Origin: Magallana gigas
Lineage: Eukaryota
Reading direction: 5' to 3'
Assembly: GCF_963853765.1 (NCBI RefSeq)
Contig: NC_088858.1
Span: forward strand, 7,192,001 to 7,256,000
Length of the DNA: 64,000 bases
How positions within the stretch are numbered: the stretch's first letter is position 1; each line of letters begins with the position of its first letter. The translations under genes were made by a program, and so were the position numbers. The notes under the pieces were generated by a model. It had not been told where the DNA came from and searched no databases. It saw nothing but the letters and a program-made list of their open reading frames with translations. Shown piece after piece: positions 39,173 to 53,700 of the stretch.

Positions 39173-41029
39173 TTTCACTGACAGTATTTACTTACATACA
39201 ACAATAAATAAGGATATCTTCAAAAACACTAAATTCTTCATCCGACCATGAATCGTAAATCCAATGATTGAAAGCTGTTCCGTAGAGTCATGGTGGAGTT
39301 ATTCCACGAAATCTTGTTTCTACATTGGAACAAAAAGCACAGTATCTCTTGTATATAAAATGATCATCAAAATAAATACACCTTTAAGTCTTCATACACA
39401 GATCCGTCAAGCATTAGAACAAACTTTTTTTTAACGTGGGGTATTTACTCAGTTCCACTGCGATAACTCAAAGACATTCATTGTCAGTACACTCCACTAT
39501 TTGTTAGATGTCTCCTCGCTTTTTTATCACGAACGAAAATCAGTTCGACAGACATTCGCCGTAATAAGCGTTGGTTGACACGGGGTCTTAATAAAATTTA
39601 AAAAAAAATAAGTAAAGCCCTTGCAACACCAAATCAACCTGATCAATCGAGAGAGCCGGGGGTGGAATTATTGCCCACCGTTCGGTTTTTAACCGCGATC
39701 CGCTTTGATCCGTTGTCAGCGTAAATACGGCCTTTGATTTCTCATGTACTCCGCTAATAAAGATTACCGTAAGCGCTATTTTGTAAAGAATGAAAATATA
39801 ACCTGCCATAAGCCTATTTCATCGATTTTATGTTGAAAATTTCATGAGCTTAACAGGTTGCAAGTAAGAATATAGATTGCTTTTCATATTGAGAGGATAT
39901 TGAATTAGCAAAGCAACAGTGTACACACACTTAAAAATCTCTTTCAAATTTGCAAAACCAATTAGTAGCAAGAAAATACCATAAAATTTAATTTTGCAGT
40001 GTTCTATTTTGATTCTATTGATTATTTTTATTGGGTGTAATAAAATTTTACTTCATTTAAATTGTTAAATATGCGTTTTAAATGTCCATAGGGTTTTAAA
40101 ATTGATTTCTTCTGATTAGAGCTTGTTTTTCAATTAATGTTTGTTCTGTAAATTACATTAATGAATGTACAGCCTTTTAATTATTTATTTTACTCATTAT
40201 CGAATATTTTCCCCCTCGTGTGAAATGGACTATCTGAAATCTAATACCCACAGTTTTTTAATTGAAAAGACTCGTTAAACTCATTGTACTGATTGTTTAA
40301 ACAATAAATAGCTTTCAGTTCACAAAGATTTACTGTATTTCAATCCATTAAAGTCCTTTTAAGTGCAGTACTGATTAATTTGACTTTATTTGCCGGTGTA
40401 ATTCCCGAAGTCTTGGACTTCAGCTAAATCGTACCGTTACTCAAACCTCCTACCACATTATTTAGCACGAGCAGATCTATTGTTATAAGCTGATATGACC
40501 TTGATTAATTGAAAAACATTTATGCAATAAATTATTTCATAAATGTTTTGGTATCATTTCAAATAAAAATAAAGATGACATATGCTGGTATAAAAAAAAA
40601 TATTAATTGAACAGAATAACAAAACTCAGTAGAAATTCAATGTTACCTCTTGCCTTAACACTGTTTTGTGTGTATTTATGTGACAAAAGTTAATTGCAAT
40701 GGATAAGGGGGGGGGGGGGGGGAGATATACATGGCACTTTAATGAGAACGTCAACGTTTCTAAAGATAAATACAGTGGAACCTTGTCAAAAAGCTAACGC
40801 ATCCGGTCAAAAGAGGCAACGATATACATCATTTATTTTAAGAAAAGAAAAGGCTATTTTTTCCGTGAATTATTATTCATTTAACTATTTCCATTACTGT
40901 ATTTAAGGCAAGAATGAAAAATCTAGTCATTTTGAATGACTCGTATTAGACGGTGAACACCGACAAAAAATTTTAGGTTTATATTTTATAGTTTACTGTC
41001 GAGAAATAGCGAAGGATAAGTAATTAAAC

Positions 41030-41620
41030 TAATCAAAGTACCGAAGTATTGACGGGAGTTGATTTTATCAATTATCATTTATTTCAAAATCAAATTATCT
41101 TGCGTAGCAATCAGTTTCTAGTCTGTATTTAAATTACGCACATTAATATGAATTTTCAGACTTTTCCGACAAGAACTTCGAGAAACCCCATATGAATCAT
41201 GTTGTGTAATATTTAAAGATAGACTTCAAACTATGTATTAGTAGTCGAAACAATTCTAAAAATTGTATGGATCCAAACACTATTGATATCAAACTCTAGT
41301 CTCGTTCAACCAGACGCTCAGCTGTCTCCGTTAATCTCCGACAAGCAAGAGAGCCTCTCAGTCGGAGATTTACGGAGACAGTCGAGCGTTTGGTTGAAAG
41401 AGACTATATTTAACTCTGGCGTAGTAATACATGATACTACAAAAATATCTACATTGTTCGTATTATATAAAATCTGACTATTCTCAAAGTGTTTAGATAA
41501 GTTTCCTTGAAAAACAATGCTTCATCATACATTACATCGAATTTTATATTATTTTCAAGAACTAAGTCTTGTCAGCGGCGATGATCTGTGCTTAGGTCCA
41601 AACACTGTTTCACTTTCGGT
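41030..41620 (-). mobile_element. Dispersed repeat family, copy 3, with a 110-nt internal hairpin
   Basis: Reverse complement of 9230-9925; hairpin tagtctc..gagacta at 41297-41406. Confidence 0.7.
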
Positions 41621-43395
41621 TTGCCTGAGTAACTGCATTGCAGAGTTGATTAAAATCAACTCCCAAAAATGATCAGGAAACATTAATACCCTCTAAATAA
41701 GTACCAAGTTCATTGTTCAAGGTCAAGGTCACATCATCGTTAACATAAATCAGAGGACATGACATACCCACACGTTAGAGGCAACCTCTAATTGTAGGTG
41801 TTTCTTATTAAATCAGCTATGGATCGGACTTGAAAGTCGATTAAAAATGGTCAAAAAGACAGATAGACGGACAGACAGATGGATATGATGATTCGTTATA
41901 ATGATGCATAAGTAGTATCTGGAAGATAAAATGTCACCAAAAATCTTATGAAGAATGACAGTCTATGAATGGTTTAAAAAAAAACACCTGCAAAATGTAG
42001 AAAACTATTATTGAAATACCAGGTGCTCATCCTTATATAGTGAATAAAATGTATACAATTTTTGAAACAAAAGAAAAGTGTAGAAAAAAAATAAAAATCG
42101 TTTACTGGTGTTTAGGAGCGGGTCCAGACAAAATCAAACAAACAGCTCGGACATTGTGTTTGTCACATACTAAGTATCCAAACTCCAATCTTTGTTTGGA
42201 TGAATGGGTATAAAAAGGACTTTATATGATATGGGCCTAAAATGGCCGCCTAAAATGAACATCATTTTACTGAAATTCGTTGTTTTCTTTGTACAGATAT
42301 ATATGTGATGTATTTTCAAAATGTTCATTTTGATTCAAGTGCCCACAATATAGAAATATGGCATCGTAAAGAAACCTTTTCCCGCTAGTTTCGTATTTTC
42401 AGCATACAACAGCTTGTTTTCATGCAGTTTTTCTTTCAGAAAACATAGAGCGCATGCTTGAACAAACATAAACCATATTGTTTGTATTAGGCTAGATTTG
42501 TGATTGTTATCAAATTACATTCCAAATCGATGAAATAACATTTTAAAAAATAGTTACGACAAAAAAATTCGTGTAGACACATATATTACTAACTTTTGGA
42601 CAAGGGTATTATTATTTTTTCATAAAATCAAGATAATGCGTTTCGCAGGACACTCGCTTTAAACTGATGCACACGACCAAGCGGCTTTGAACAATTGATA
42701 CATACCTGATTTGGAGTAATCAAAAAATATTGGTGCTCTGTTTTCTTTTATTGTTTATAAGGATTGCATTGCAGTTCAACCAACAAAAAGATATATATGT
42801 AGTCAGTGGCCTGAATAAAATACCAATTTTCTATCGGAATCGCAATTCTGTTTTCATACAATAAGAGTACATTTCCCCACTTCCAAAGTCAATGGTTTCT
42901 GATCCGCTCCGCTCTGTATACGAAGAGCGGATCAGAAATGTAAATTTCCATGCAGCGCAGTTGTGCATACTAGTATACGAGATAGTTAAATATGTCCACA
43001 TGTTGGAAATCATTTTAGCAAGTTAATGAAAATTTTGATGATCATAGTTGTGGACCGGATTTCACCACTGCACAAAAACATGCAAGGTGTATATGTCTAC
43101 GTAGTATATTTAAATATTATATGCTCATTTTTTTCAATTTCTGAATATCCACTGCCAAGTGATAACATTCAATGTTGCTACAATTCCCAAATTTTATTTG
43201 CCCGTTTCACTGAATGGCTATATTTTTAATGAGCGAGAATTGCCACGTCGTTAGAAAGAAAACTAACGCTCTAAATAGAGATGTCAAGGCACTGAGTATT
43301 TTGCTAAGCATGGGTAAATATATATATGAAAAAAATGCAAAAATTGTTTTGGTATTACATTCATTTCGTCAATTAAAATAGTGACACATGCTTAC

Positions 43396-43602
43396 CTTTA
43401 ACGAGAGCATGGACATCTTTAGCCTGTCTTTACCAAAGTGGGTCGTGTGTTGTCTGATGTGCTTGGGGAAGAACCCGCCCTTCACGTTCACTTTGTCTTC
43501 TTCTTCTTCTTCCTCCTCCTCTTCATTGTTTTCTTTTTCTCTTTTCAAATTGACCTCATCCCGATGGCAATACTTCAATGACACTCGCCTAGTTTTCTGC
43601 AT
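43396..43602 (-). CDS. Candidate alternative first coding exon (69 aa, poly-Glu) of the uncharacterised gene
   Basis: ATG at 43602, MQKTRRVSLK..EEEEEEEEE..MSMLSLK, then a strong donor AAG|gtaagc at 43396/43395. Phase 0 matches the acceptor at 38162. The linkage is inferred. Confidence 0.5.
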
Positions 43603-44719
43603 CGCGTGAACTAATTATTCAGTCAAGATCCATTTTTGAAGAGATGCGTGGGATATCCTTTCATTTTTTTAAAATTTGCAAAAGGTTATGTGGTCATCTC
43701 GACAACAGTGTCAGATAATCTCAGCACTCGGCAGTGTTGAACACTAATTCTCTAACTTGACCGATATCCAAAGGCGCCTCTTAGTTTCATTACAGAACCA
43801 ATTCCTCGGAAAAAGCTTAGGTCGCTCATTTACATTATTAAGTCGAGCACCAATTTCAAATTGAAACTCCGATACATTTATTTCTTAAAATTAATTAATC
43901 AAAATGTTATCTTGCTTGCGAGTTGTAACCATAACATTCTCTTGAGGACTTCAAACATTGTTTTGGAATTGTAAATTAAATCTTCTCCGATCAATCTCCA
44001 AAAATACAACCCGTTACGACATTTGTGACGGATTAACCATACAAAGTGTGTTAATCTCATCAACGGCCACGCACTCTGGGTTACTTTTTAAAATGGGGAC
44101 CTAAGTCAAAAAAGTACTTTGGACACGCGTGAAGCTCGGTGTTTTTTTGACTTGCGCAATACGTGAACTAAAAATCTGCATTTTGACCCTTAGTTTTTTT
44201 TAACATCATCAAACAAAACCGGATATTTCATTTTTGAGAGGGTAAGAAAGAATTAAACCATTTTACGGAAATCAAAATTAAACTTACAATCCCATGTGGG
44301 CCACATCTCCGCCTAGACTTGGCTTGCTTTTATATAGACTGACGCATTCTCCGTTTTGGCAATATCATGTAAGTTTTGAATTTACAAAATTTACAACATG
44401 ACAGCAACAACCACAAACCTCCTTTAAAAAACAACTATAAAGTATAACAGATAACAATTATAATTTCTCTTTATTATAAGCAGATAAAATATTTGTATAC
44501 ATAATCTACATTATAAATACCAGGACATACTCAATTTATATTAATATAAAAGTTGCATTATAGCTGTAATGCTAGCATCCCTATTTAAAGTTTTAGACAA
44601 GTTTATGATCTCCCTATAATTCATTTGGTAATGATTCACACATTCACTACTTGGTGGAGGTACAAATGAGCAATTATTTGCGATAAATGAGCACTTTTTA
44701 TTAAACCGTGTGGACATTT

Positions 44720-47700
44720 TTACTGTTGGAGATTTAGAGACCGTCTTGATCGAGGTCTATGATGTTTGACGATGGCCACATTCCTATTAACGTGTGGACT
44801 TTTCTCCACCTTGTCCAGACTCAGCAGAGGAGAGTTCATTAGATGCATAAGACTTTTAGCGGTCACATTGGGCGAGTACTTCCTCCCGGTCGGCGAAACC
44901 TTTTGTCCAGAACTACTTCCGCTCTCAGTTGCTGACACTTCCTGTTTCCTGGTGTTTTTCCCCGACCCAAACACTGGTGAATCGCTGACCCCTGGTTCCT
45001 TAGTGTCCTGGTCCTGACCCTGAATCTGAGACAAGAACACATCGTCATTGGTATGGGAGAGTTCCACAGAGGATGTGCTTGCCTGTGACAGTCTGCTTGT
45101 CTGTGAATGGAACCCTAGGCTACTGGACTGGGATGCTTGGAGGTCTGTTGTATCGAAGCCTTCACTGGTACCGCTGGCAAAAGATCCCATCGATATTATT
45201 CTTTCACTGGATATCCTGTTGTGAAGGCAGTATGAAGTTCTTAACATACGCTGCTCAGAGTGTATCATTGTTCGCTTTCTTTTACTTGGAGAGAATATCA
45301 GTGATGTGTCCTCTGTTATATCAAGTGCTCTCTTTTTCTTATTTATTTGTCCATCTTCCTGAGACAGTGATGCAAAAATCATATTATTGTCCCCTTCCTG
45401 TTCACAGCTATTTACTTCACTACTTACACTTTCTTGGCTGTCTTGAGAAGCTCTAAACCTCTTTGCTAGCACTTTTGGAGACACCAAGCTCTCATCCCTT
45501 CCTCTCTTCCTTCTCTGCCAATGATTGAGAGAACTGGGTGTTCGAATTTTCCTTTGGATTTTTGGAGAAGGTGTTTTACACTTTTCCGGTGACTTTTTAC
45601 TGTTGACTTCTTGAGTTTCATCACCAGTAGCTGCTGATTTTGCAGCACAATTAGATACATCTTTTTCTTCATCATTTAATTTTTCAGCTAATTGTTCTCC
45701 TTCTTCTGTGTTCTGTTGAGCAGATTTCTGACTTTTCACTGGCGTTTTACTTAAAATTAATCGCCGAGCTCTTGGGGTTGATTTTGATGGAGTTTTTCTG
45801 ATTTCCTCTCCAGGTTTTCCCTCTGGACTCTTTCCAAACAAAATGGCTCTAACAGATTTTCTCGTAGGTGTCACCAAACTTTTTGATCTTGTATTCTGAC
45901 TAGGAGACTCTGCAACTAACACAGCAGAAGATTTTCGAGGAGTGTTGGAGAATGATACAGTCTTTTCCTCATCTTTTACAACAGATTCCTTTTGCTGTGG
46001 AGAATGTCTGACAATTTTGGAGTGACTTTTTCTACAGCTTGGACTCTCCTGGAACAAAGCTTTGGGAAATCCTTTGGAGACAGATGGTGACCTAGATCTA
46101 GTGTTCATGCTGGGAGACTCAGCAGTCACTTTCTTGGGAGTTCCTTTTCCTGGCGTCTTGGAGCCTCTCTTGTGTGGAGTTGGGCTTCCCATCAACTGTG
46201 AAAGCAAAAAGGAAGAGTTTCTATCAGGGGACTTGAAGAGAGCAGACTGACATGGGGGCTTTTTCAGAATGCTGTTCAGGGTCCCTGAGTTGTCTCTGGT
46301 TCTTCCAGCTATTCTATCTCCAAGGTCAACATTGGCCTGGGTCAGGGACCTTGACCTTACTAAAGGTCCTGCTGATGATGAATAAAATGACCGGCGGACT
46401 TTGTGAAGAGCACGCTTGTTCTGGGATGGGCTTAGAAGTGATGGTCTATCTGTAAAATAAAATAATTGGATCATTTTAGTTTTCATCCTTTGCATTATAA
46501 AACTTTGTTTAAAAAATCTTAATTTGTGATCCAAAATCTATTTAAAATCAAATGCTAGAGTCAAAGCCTCATGTAATTTCATGTAATGATCATAAGAAAT
46601 TTCACTGATAATTATAAATCGTTAGACTGGATGACTAAAAATTATCCTAACACTTTTTGACAATACATTTATTTTCATATCAAGTACATGTATAATACAT
46701 GAAAGATGAGTTGCATATAGGTGATAAGTAATGTCTATAGGACTATTTCACTAGCAGATTTGTTTACCTGACTTGAGGGGCGATTCCTCCACCACCTTGA
46801 CTGACGTGTTGCTCTGGGACCGCCTCCTCTCTGCCTCCTGTCGCTTCCACATGGCCGAGTTCTTCTGTTTATGTGAGGGTGTTTCTGCTACGAGGGTTTT
46901 TCTGACTGGTGATTTAAAGGGTGGGGACATCAGGTCTGTCAAAACAATGTACATGTATATTGTGTAAATGAAATTATATGCAGTAAACACTTGCTACACA
47001 TACCCTATCAAAGTTGCAAAATAAGTATAATTCCAGTTGCATTTAACTTATGCATGTAAAACAGCATCTATATTACAAATCTTACATCCACTTTTGGAGC
47101 TCTTGATCTGAGAAGATGGCCGCTTTCCTCCCTTGGGTGACTTGATGGTTTCCATCACTGCTACAGACTGTCTTCTCTCTAACTTTGTCTTGTTCTTAAA
47201 CTGCTTCACCAAATCTAAGAGAAGTGAAGCATACAATATGATAATATATTGAAATGAAATACTACATGTATATGATTTTCATTCAATGTTCTTTTTTTAT
47301 GAAAATCATTAATTTGGATGTAAAGTTAATCATCTCTCAAAAATGTTTTTTCCATAAATCTACATATAGTTTGCATATCAACCTCTTTTGGATTTTCTTC
47401 TCTTTCTAGAGGATGTTGGCTCCTGGAAGATAAGTTTTCTCATTGATGACAGATTTATACTAAGCCAACAAAGTGTATTGTGACTTGGAAAGTAAAGTAT
47501 AGTACATTCACACTATAAGAAATTCACCAATATAACCTAAATAATAAACCAAATATTTAACAACTGTAAATCAGTTACCTAGATAATAAAGTCACATCAA
47601 TTCTTATTATACAGAGTACATAATCCCTCAAGTTCAAGTACAGATGTTTTACAGCGATATTTAATGGTAAAAAAAAAATAAGTCTAGTTATTAATATAAT

Positions 47701-50700
47701 TAACAAAATTTACCTTTGGTTTAGCAGAGAGCACAAATATCTGTCGTTGAGACCCAATATCTGACAAACTTGGGTGATGCATAATTTTCTTAGTTCTACA
47801 ACAAAAAATTTCTAGAATAACAAGTGATTGTTGGAGATCTCTCAGATTTGTAGCAAGAACTTTCATCTTGGACATCTCCATTGTACTGAATCACAACTTC
47901 CAAAAATTACTTAAAAAATAAAACATTTGTTGATATTTCTTTTCATCAGATTAATCCTTACTGTAGCAAAGAAGTTACACTATCAAACCATAGACAGCCA
48001 GTCTCTTACATTTACAGACTGTAGATCATCTCATTTTTGTGAATATCAATTATTCCAGATTTCCAATGATGCATGTAAAGACTCACACTCTTACCTAGCT
48101 TTGTTAATGGATAGATCATTTGATTTAGGTGCCACCTCTGAGGTTGATGGAGGTTGCGATAATGGAGTTGCCTCGCTCTTGTCTAGCTCAGCCTCCATTA
48201 GGGATTTACTGAACACTGATTGGTCAAAACTATTGTCAGGTGACATAATTGCTTCCAAGGCTGCAGGGAGAGGTTGCATCAGTTCATCATAAACATTGCC
48301 CAGAGTCTGAGGTAGTGTGTGTATGTAACTGAAACAAAACAGATACATGCATTTCAGATGATTGAAAAGAAAAATTGTATATCCTAGTCTGACATACTAC
48401 GAACATCCATAAATGAATGCATATTTAGACCTTTAATAAATATTGGTTAAAATGTATGGTAATTTGAAAGTTCACAGTGTGCAAAATTCTAAAATTTGTT
48501 ATTTTCATGTAATTAAGATTCAAACCATACTTCTCAACAAGGCTACTATTCATGAAGTCAGTGAGAGACTTGGGGTCAGTTATGAAGCTCAGTGTCCTCA
48601 ATAATGCAACAATCTGAAAAAAAGAAAGAAATATTTCTTAAATAAATCTCAAAGTTTCAACCATATTTCATGCCACCAATTCTTAGATCAATTTTATAAC
48701 CTAAAAACATTTTCACAAAAATTTAATTTAGATTGTTCAGATTCATTTATATTAAGTTTTGTATAAGTGTTTTTATCAATTTACTGGTAACAGGGGTGGA
48801 TGTTGGATATGTTTACTTCACGTGATAGGGTCAAACTAAAAGAGTAGCATAAAATTGTTGTTTCTCTTTGGTAATCAAGAGATTTACAGTCATTTTACCA
48901 TAAAAATTACTGAAAGAGAAGACCTATATCTACCTCATTCAGTTTATCGTCCTCCTCTGTTAGGGACTGGTCACCCTGCTGTAGCACTGACAGAATCTCA
49001 AACCTCAACACAGTCTGCAACTGTAATCTGTAAAATGAATGTCCACATTCTATAAGCATGGCAGATGTCATTGTCCAAAATTATGGTACATATACATGCA
49101 GCTTGTAGGACTTTAATAAGAAAGAAATTTATGGGTAAACAAGATATCTGTGAGCCAATGCTCACTAGTGATACCCCTGCTCTGATGTGAATATGCAAAA
49201 TAAGCAAAGTCGACATTTAACAGAAAGCTGGCATCCGATTGGTACAGAAATATATCCCATAATATGGCATGCCTAAACAAATAGTGTGTTAAAATTTCAA
49301 GCATCTGCGATAAATAGCTGCTGAGAAATCTTTGACGAAAATTTGTTTTAAAATTTTGGCTAAAATAAACAAAGTACTCATTTAACAGGAAGTTGACGTC
49401 CGATTGATACAAAAATATATCCCACGATATGGCATGCCTTAACAAACACTGTGTAAAAATTTCAAGCATCTGCGATAAATAGCTGCTCAGATAAATGCGA
49501 CAGAAATTTTTGCTACGGACGGACAGACAGACACAGACAGAAAGACAGACAGATGGACGGACAGACAGATAGACACACAAGGTTAAAACAGTACCCCCGG
49601 AGCTTCGGAGCTGGGGTATAATAAATTTAATAATACTCTGGTAAATCAATAATTAATTTGAATTAACATTTGAGCACTATAAAGCTTACTCTGTTTGATT
49701 CTGGATTTTGTTATCTTCTTTCTGATGTTTCTCTCTCAAAGAACTGACAGGTATAACCACGCCTTTCTCCAACAGCTCAACACATCTCTCCTGGATAAAT
49801 GATAGGAAAAGGTGCATGTAAAAATGTACAATGTATAGATTAATATCATTGTATATACAAGAACATTTCATTAAGATAATATCATATACTGGTACATTGT
49901 ATTTGTGGCTTTTATTGAAACAAAGTACATTTGTACCTTTAATTAATTAATTTCAAACATTCTTTGTTTTAAAGCATACAAAATTTCATGTTTCCTTAGA
50001 TTAATTTACCATGTAAATGCAATTTTAAATATGTGAACATTGATAAGTCGTCCAAATTGTTTTATTAACATGATTAATAACGCATAAAAGCTTGGGTATC
50101 AGTTTTATATGTTATTTTCTACCTGAGGGTTTTCCACCTTCTGATCCTTGAGAAAATGTAATGGAACCAGCACCAGGCTCTGGGCCGAGAGATAGAAATT
50201 CTCACACCCATTTGTCACCATTTCACTGTAGGTTTTAATCAGGTATTGCACAAGTTCCTCTTCAGATGCAAACTCTAGAAATACAAAAATAAATCAAATG
50301 AAATTAAACCCTAAAGTCTTAAATGTCTTTTTTTGGTTGATATGTACAAGTTCCAAATTAATCAAAATTCATATGCCATAATTAATTCATAGAAACAATT
50401 GTAACCGTAATGCACACATCTCTCTTTTTCATATCTTTAATGAATTCATATTCAAGTGTTTTTACCAGTTTGCACATTTTTCATCTCTAGTTTCTTAGTC
50501 TGTTTTTCAGTGTTTTGAGGTTTGCTTTGTGAAGAGCTGTCTTCCATAAACACAGAGGATTGTCTGCTCTTGTTTACCATCAACACACCGCGCGATGGAA
50601 GTGTCTCGGTGGTTGGAGGTTCAGGTTTGGGGCCATTCATCATCATATTTTCACATTCTTAAAAAAATATCCAGAAAATCTTATACATTTTGTCAGACAT

Positions 50701-53700
50701 CCAACCAAAGAGGATTGTTTTTCACACATTCCAACAAGGTAAATTTTTATGCATATAAAGGAATGCAAAAGACTTCCATAAATGCATTCCTTTAAAAAAT
50801 AAACAACAATAAACTACTACATTCAGAACCTGCATAGAAATAAGTCCATGTTATGAAAAATATCCATTTGCAAAAGGACTATGTGCGGTATGGTCAAATA
50901 TCTGCCCCCAATTTTAACTAATTTTTAAATAGTATCGTATAAAAATCAAATCTTCAAAAACCATTGTACAGTGGACGCCTATCACTTTAATCTTGATTTA
51001 AGTCATCATTGCTCATTCACTGTGTATCTATGACATCACCCAAATGACGTAATTCCCGCAAATTTGCAAACAAATGAAAAAACTCACATTTTTGCTTTAT
51101 ATTTTGCATTCAGAAATATAGAGTGCAGGTCTGCTCAAGTACGATTTTAACATATGTTTTTCTTCAGATTATTATACACATTTTACTAAAAAATGGTACT
51201 TGAGCAAGCCTGCGCTCGATGTTTCCCTGTCGAAAAACCATCGGAAAACACCCATATTTTACTACAAGACATCAATTTATCAAAATAAGGCAATCTTCAT
51301 GACGTCATTTCTACATTATGACGTCACTGTGGTAGTAACCTTTTACACCCTTATTTTTACTATGATTTTAACTATCTTCCACCTTATTTTTAAAGCTCAT
51401 TATAAAACTTTAATTTGGGGGCAAAAAATGCATAATACCGCACACAGTCCTTTGAAATCTCTTTTATACAACATCACACAGCATGCTATTGTGCAACTCA
51501 AAACACACCATAGCAAAGCATGATCACATGCTAACAATTCTTAACAACATGCTAAAATTACTTAAACAGGCTGTTTGAATTTTTACACGCTGTCATCACT
51601 TCATTGTACATACCTGTATGTATAAGCATGGCATTGTGACAGCGCATGTGCAAGTTGTGTGAAATTCTGTTACAGCAACTGCTGTGTTTATTTTCATAAA
51701 CTGACTGCATGTTGTGCAAGAGCAACAGTCAGATGTGTGAAGTTATATTAGTGCAACAACATGTTTTTTGTAGTGCGCCAGTGCAACATCACTTAGTGAT
51801 AAGTTATATTGAAGTGTCTGTGCAAAGTGTGAAGTGTCAGTGCAAAGGTGTGTTGTGCCATCTTGTGTTGGGGCAATGGAACATTACTAGTATGTGAAGT
51901 TGTTCAATATAACAGCATGTTGTGTGAAATGATATTTGCATGACAGCATGGTGATATTTATCCACAAACTGCAAAAGACACTATCCTAACACAGAGAAAA
52001 ATGTTTTATTGCAAATATTTTTCAAAACATTGATATGGACAAAAAATTAATCAGTGAATTGCTACCTTTTGCTGGAGACTGGACCGTTTCTCTTGGGCGG
52101 ATCGGTTTATTTTCCTGTCTGTAAACCCTCTGTAGTTCCCTCAAGCTTTGAACCTCATCTTCATTTAAAAATTCTAGCTGTGATATCCTTGAATTACAAT
52201 AAAATAAATGACTGCAGTTCTTACAAACACAGCAGACTCTCATTATTATGTACACCTTTAATCCCTAACAAATCACCTGGACAGGTGAAGTACAGTAAAA
52301 CCTGCTTATAACGAAGTGCCAGGGATATGTGATTTTACTTCGTTATAAGCAAAATTTGTTATATCCGTCAAGTTTACAACATGAAATAAAGTCCCTGGGA
52401 ATGAAAATCACATGCTGTAAGTGTCAATTCATCATAAGCATGTTTGCTATAACCATGTTTTACTGTATTTGGATAAAATAAATGCATCTCCAATGCAAGA
52501 ATATATTAAAATTACATTTCAGTCAGGTGATTTTGATAAACAGATATATGTACCTATCATTCAGTTTCTCAATAAGTGAAACAAGGCCTTGTCTACATCC
52601 AGGTAGATGGGTCTTTCCAAGGACATTAGGGTCAAAGCAAGGATTGTCTGAAAAACACAGAGAAATATTTAAAGGATTTCCTCTAAGCAAAATCTACCAT
52701 TCTAGACATTAGGGTCAAAGCAAGGATTGTCTGAAAAACACAGAGAAATATTTAAGGATTTCCTCTAAGCAAAATCTACCATTCTGGATTATTTGGGCCA
52801 AAAATTTTGCAATACTCCTTCGCGTATGCAATTCATGATTAAAAAATAAACACGTTATTTTTAATGCATAAATTTACATGTATCACCGAAATATTTCAAT
52901 TTAAGTCAACACTTCTATTGGATGCATTATGTACAGGACAAATATTTACTTTTGTGGTGAGTTGAAGTACCACTGCACTGACTCTTGTGCTGAATGGCCC
53001 TGGCTATCAGTTGATCCCATGGTTTATTCTCCACTGTTGGAGTCCTCTTTTTAGGGGAGGACTCCTTACTTGCTTCCCCGAGTCTTTTCTCCAGTCCCAG
53101 AGTCTCACCAAGACACAGCCCACTGAGTGTAGCTGATTCTGAGGTCAAAGGTCGTAGAATGTAAAGCACAGGACTGCTCTCTGTCACCAAGATCTGAAAT
53201 GGTAATATTTCACTGAGTTATATATAAAAACACTTGCTGCATATCTACACAATAAAACCTTTTTTGAATCAATTCACATATATACATGTACTTCAAGTTC
53301 AACTAATATATATTTTATAATAAAATGCAACTTGATTTGTTTAATTTTCTTTCTAGTTAACTGAAGATGACGGTTATTACCTGGTTTTGACCATAGTTTT
53401 ACCAGTATGCTTTTTGTAAAGAAAGAACTTTTATTTTAATTTTGTGAAATATTTCATGTATCAAATGCATGTAAACCTTAAAATTTAAATTATACCAGAG
53501 CTAGTGAAGATTTAATAAGCTTCTCAATTAAGCTCAGAAATGGCACTGAATCCCCCGGGTCCCCACTGTTTGGTTCACTGGAACACATGTAGTCCTGCTC
53601 ACACTTAAACTGCAGGAACCCAGCATCTTCTAGTGGTAAAACTCCATAAAGGCTACAATTACATACAGGCTTTATTGTTAGTCAGGAAAATGAATAAAAA

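Noticed and set aside
44766-46455. Plus-strand ORFs antisense to the large TICRR exon
   Set aside because: Antisense shadows with no independent start or splice support.
49113-49649. 178-aa minus-strand ORF, plus similar ORFs at 60265-60777, 60695-60946, 61008-61268, 61234-61503 and 61269-61616
   Set aside because: Translations of the HINE microsatellite and 166-bp repeats; no transposase or Rep/Hel motifs.
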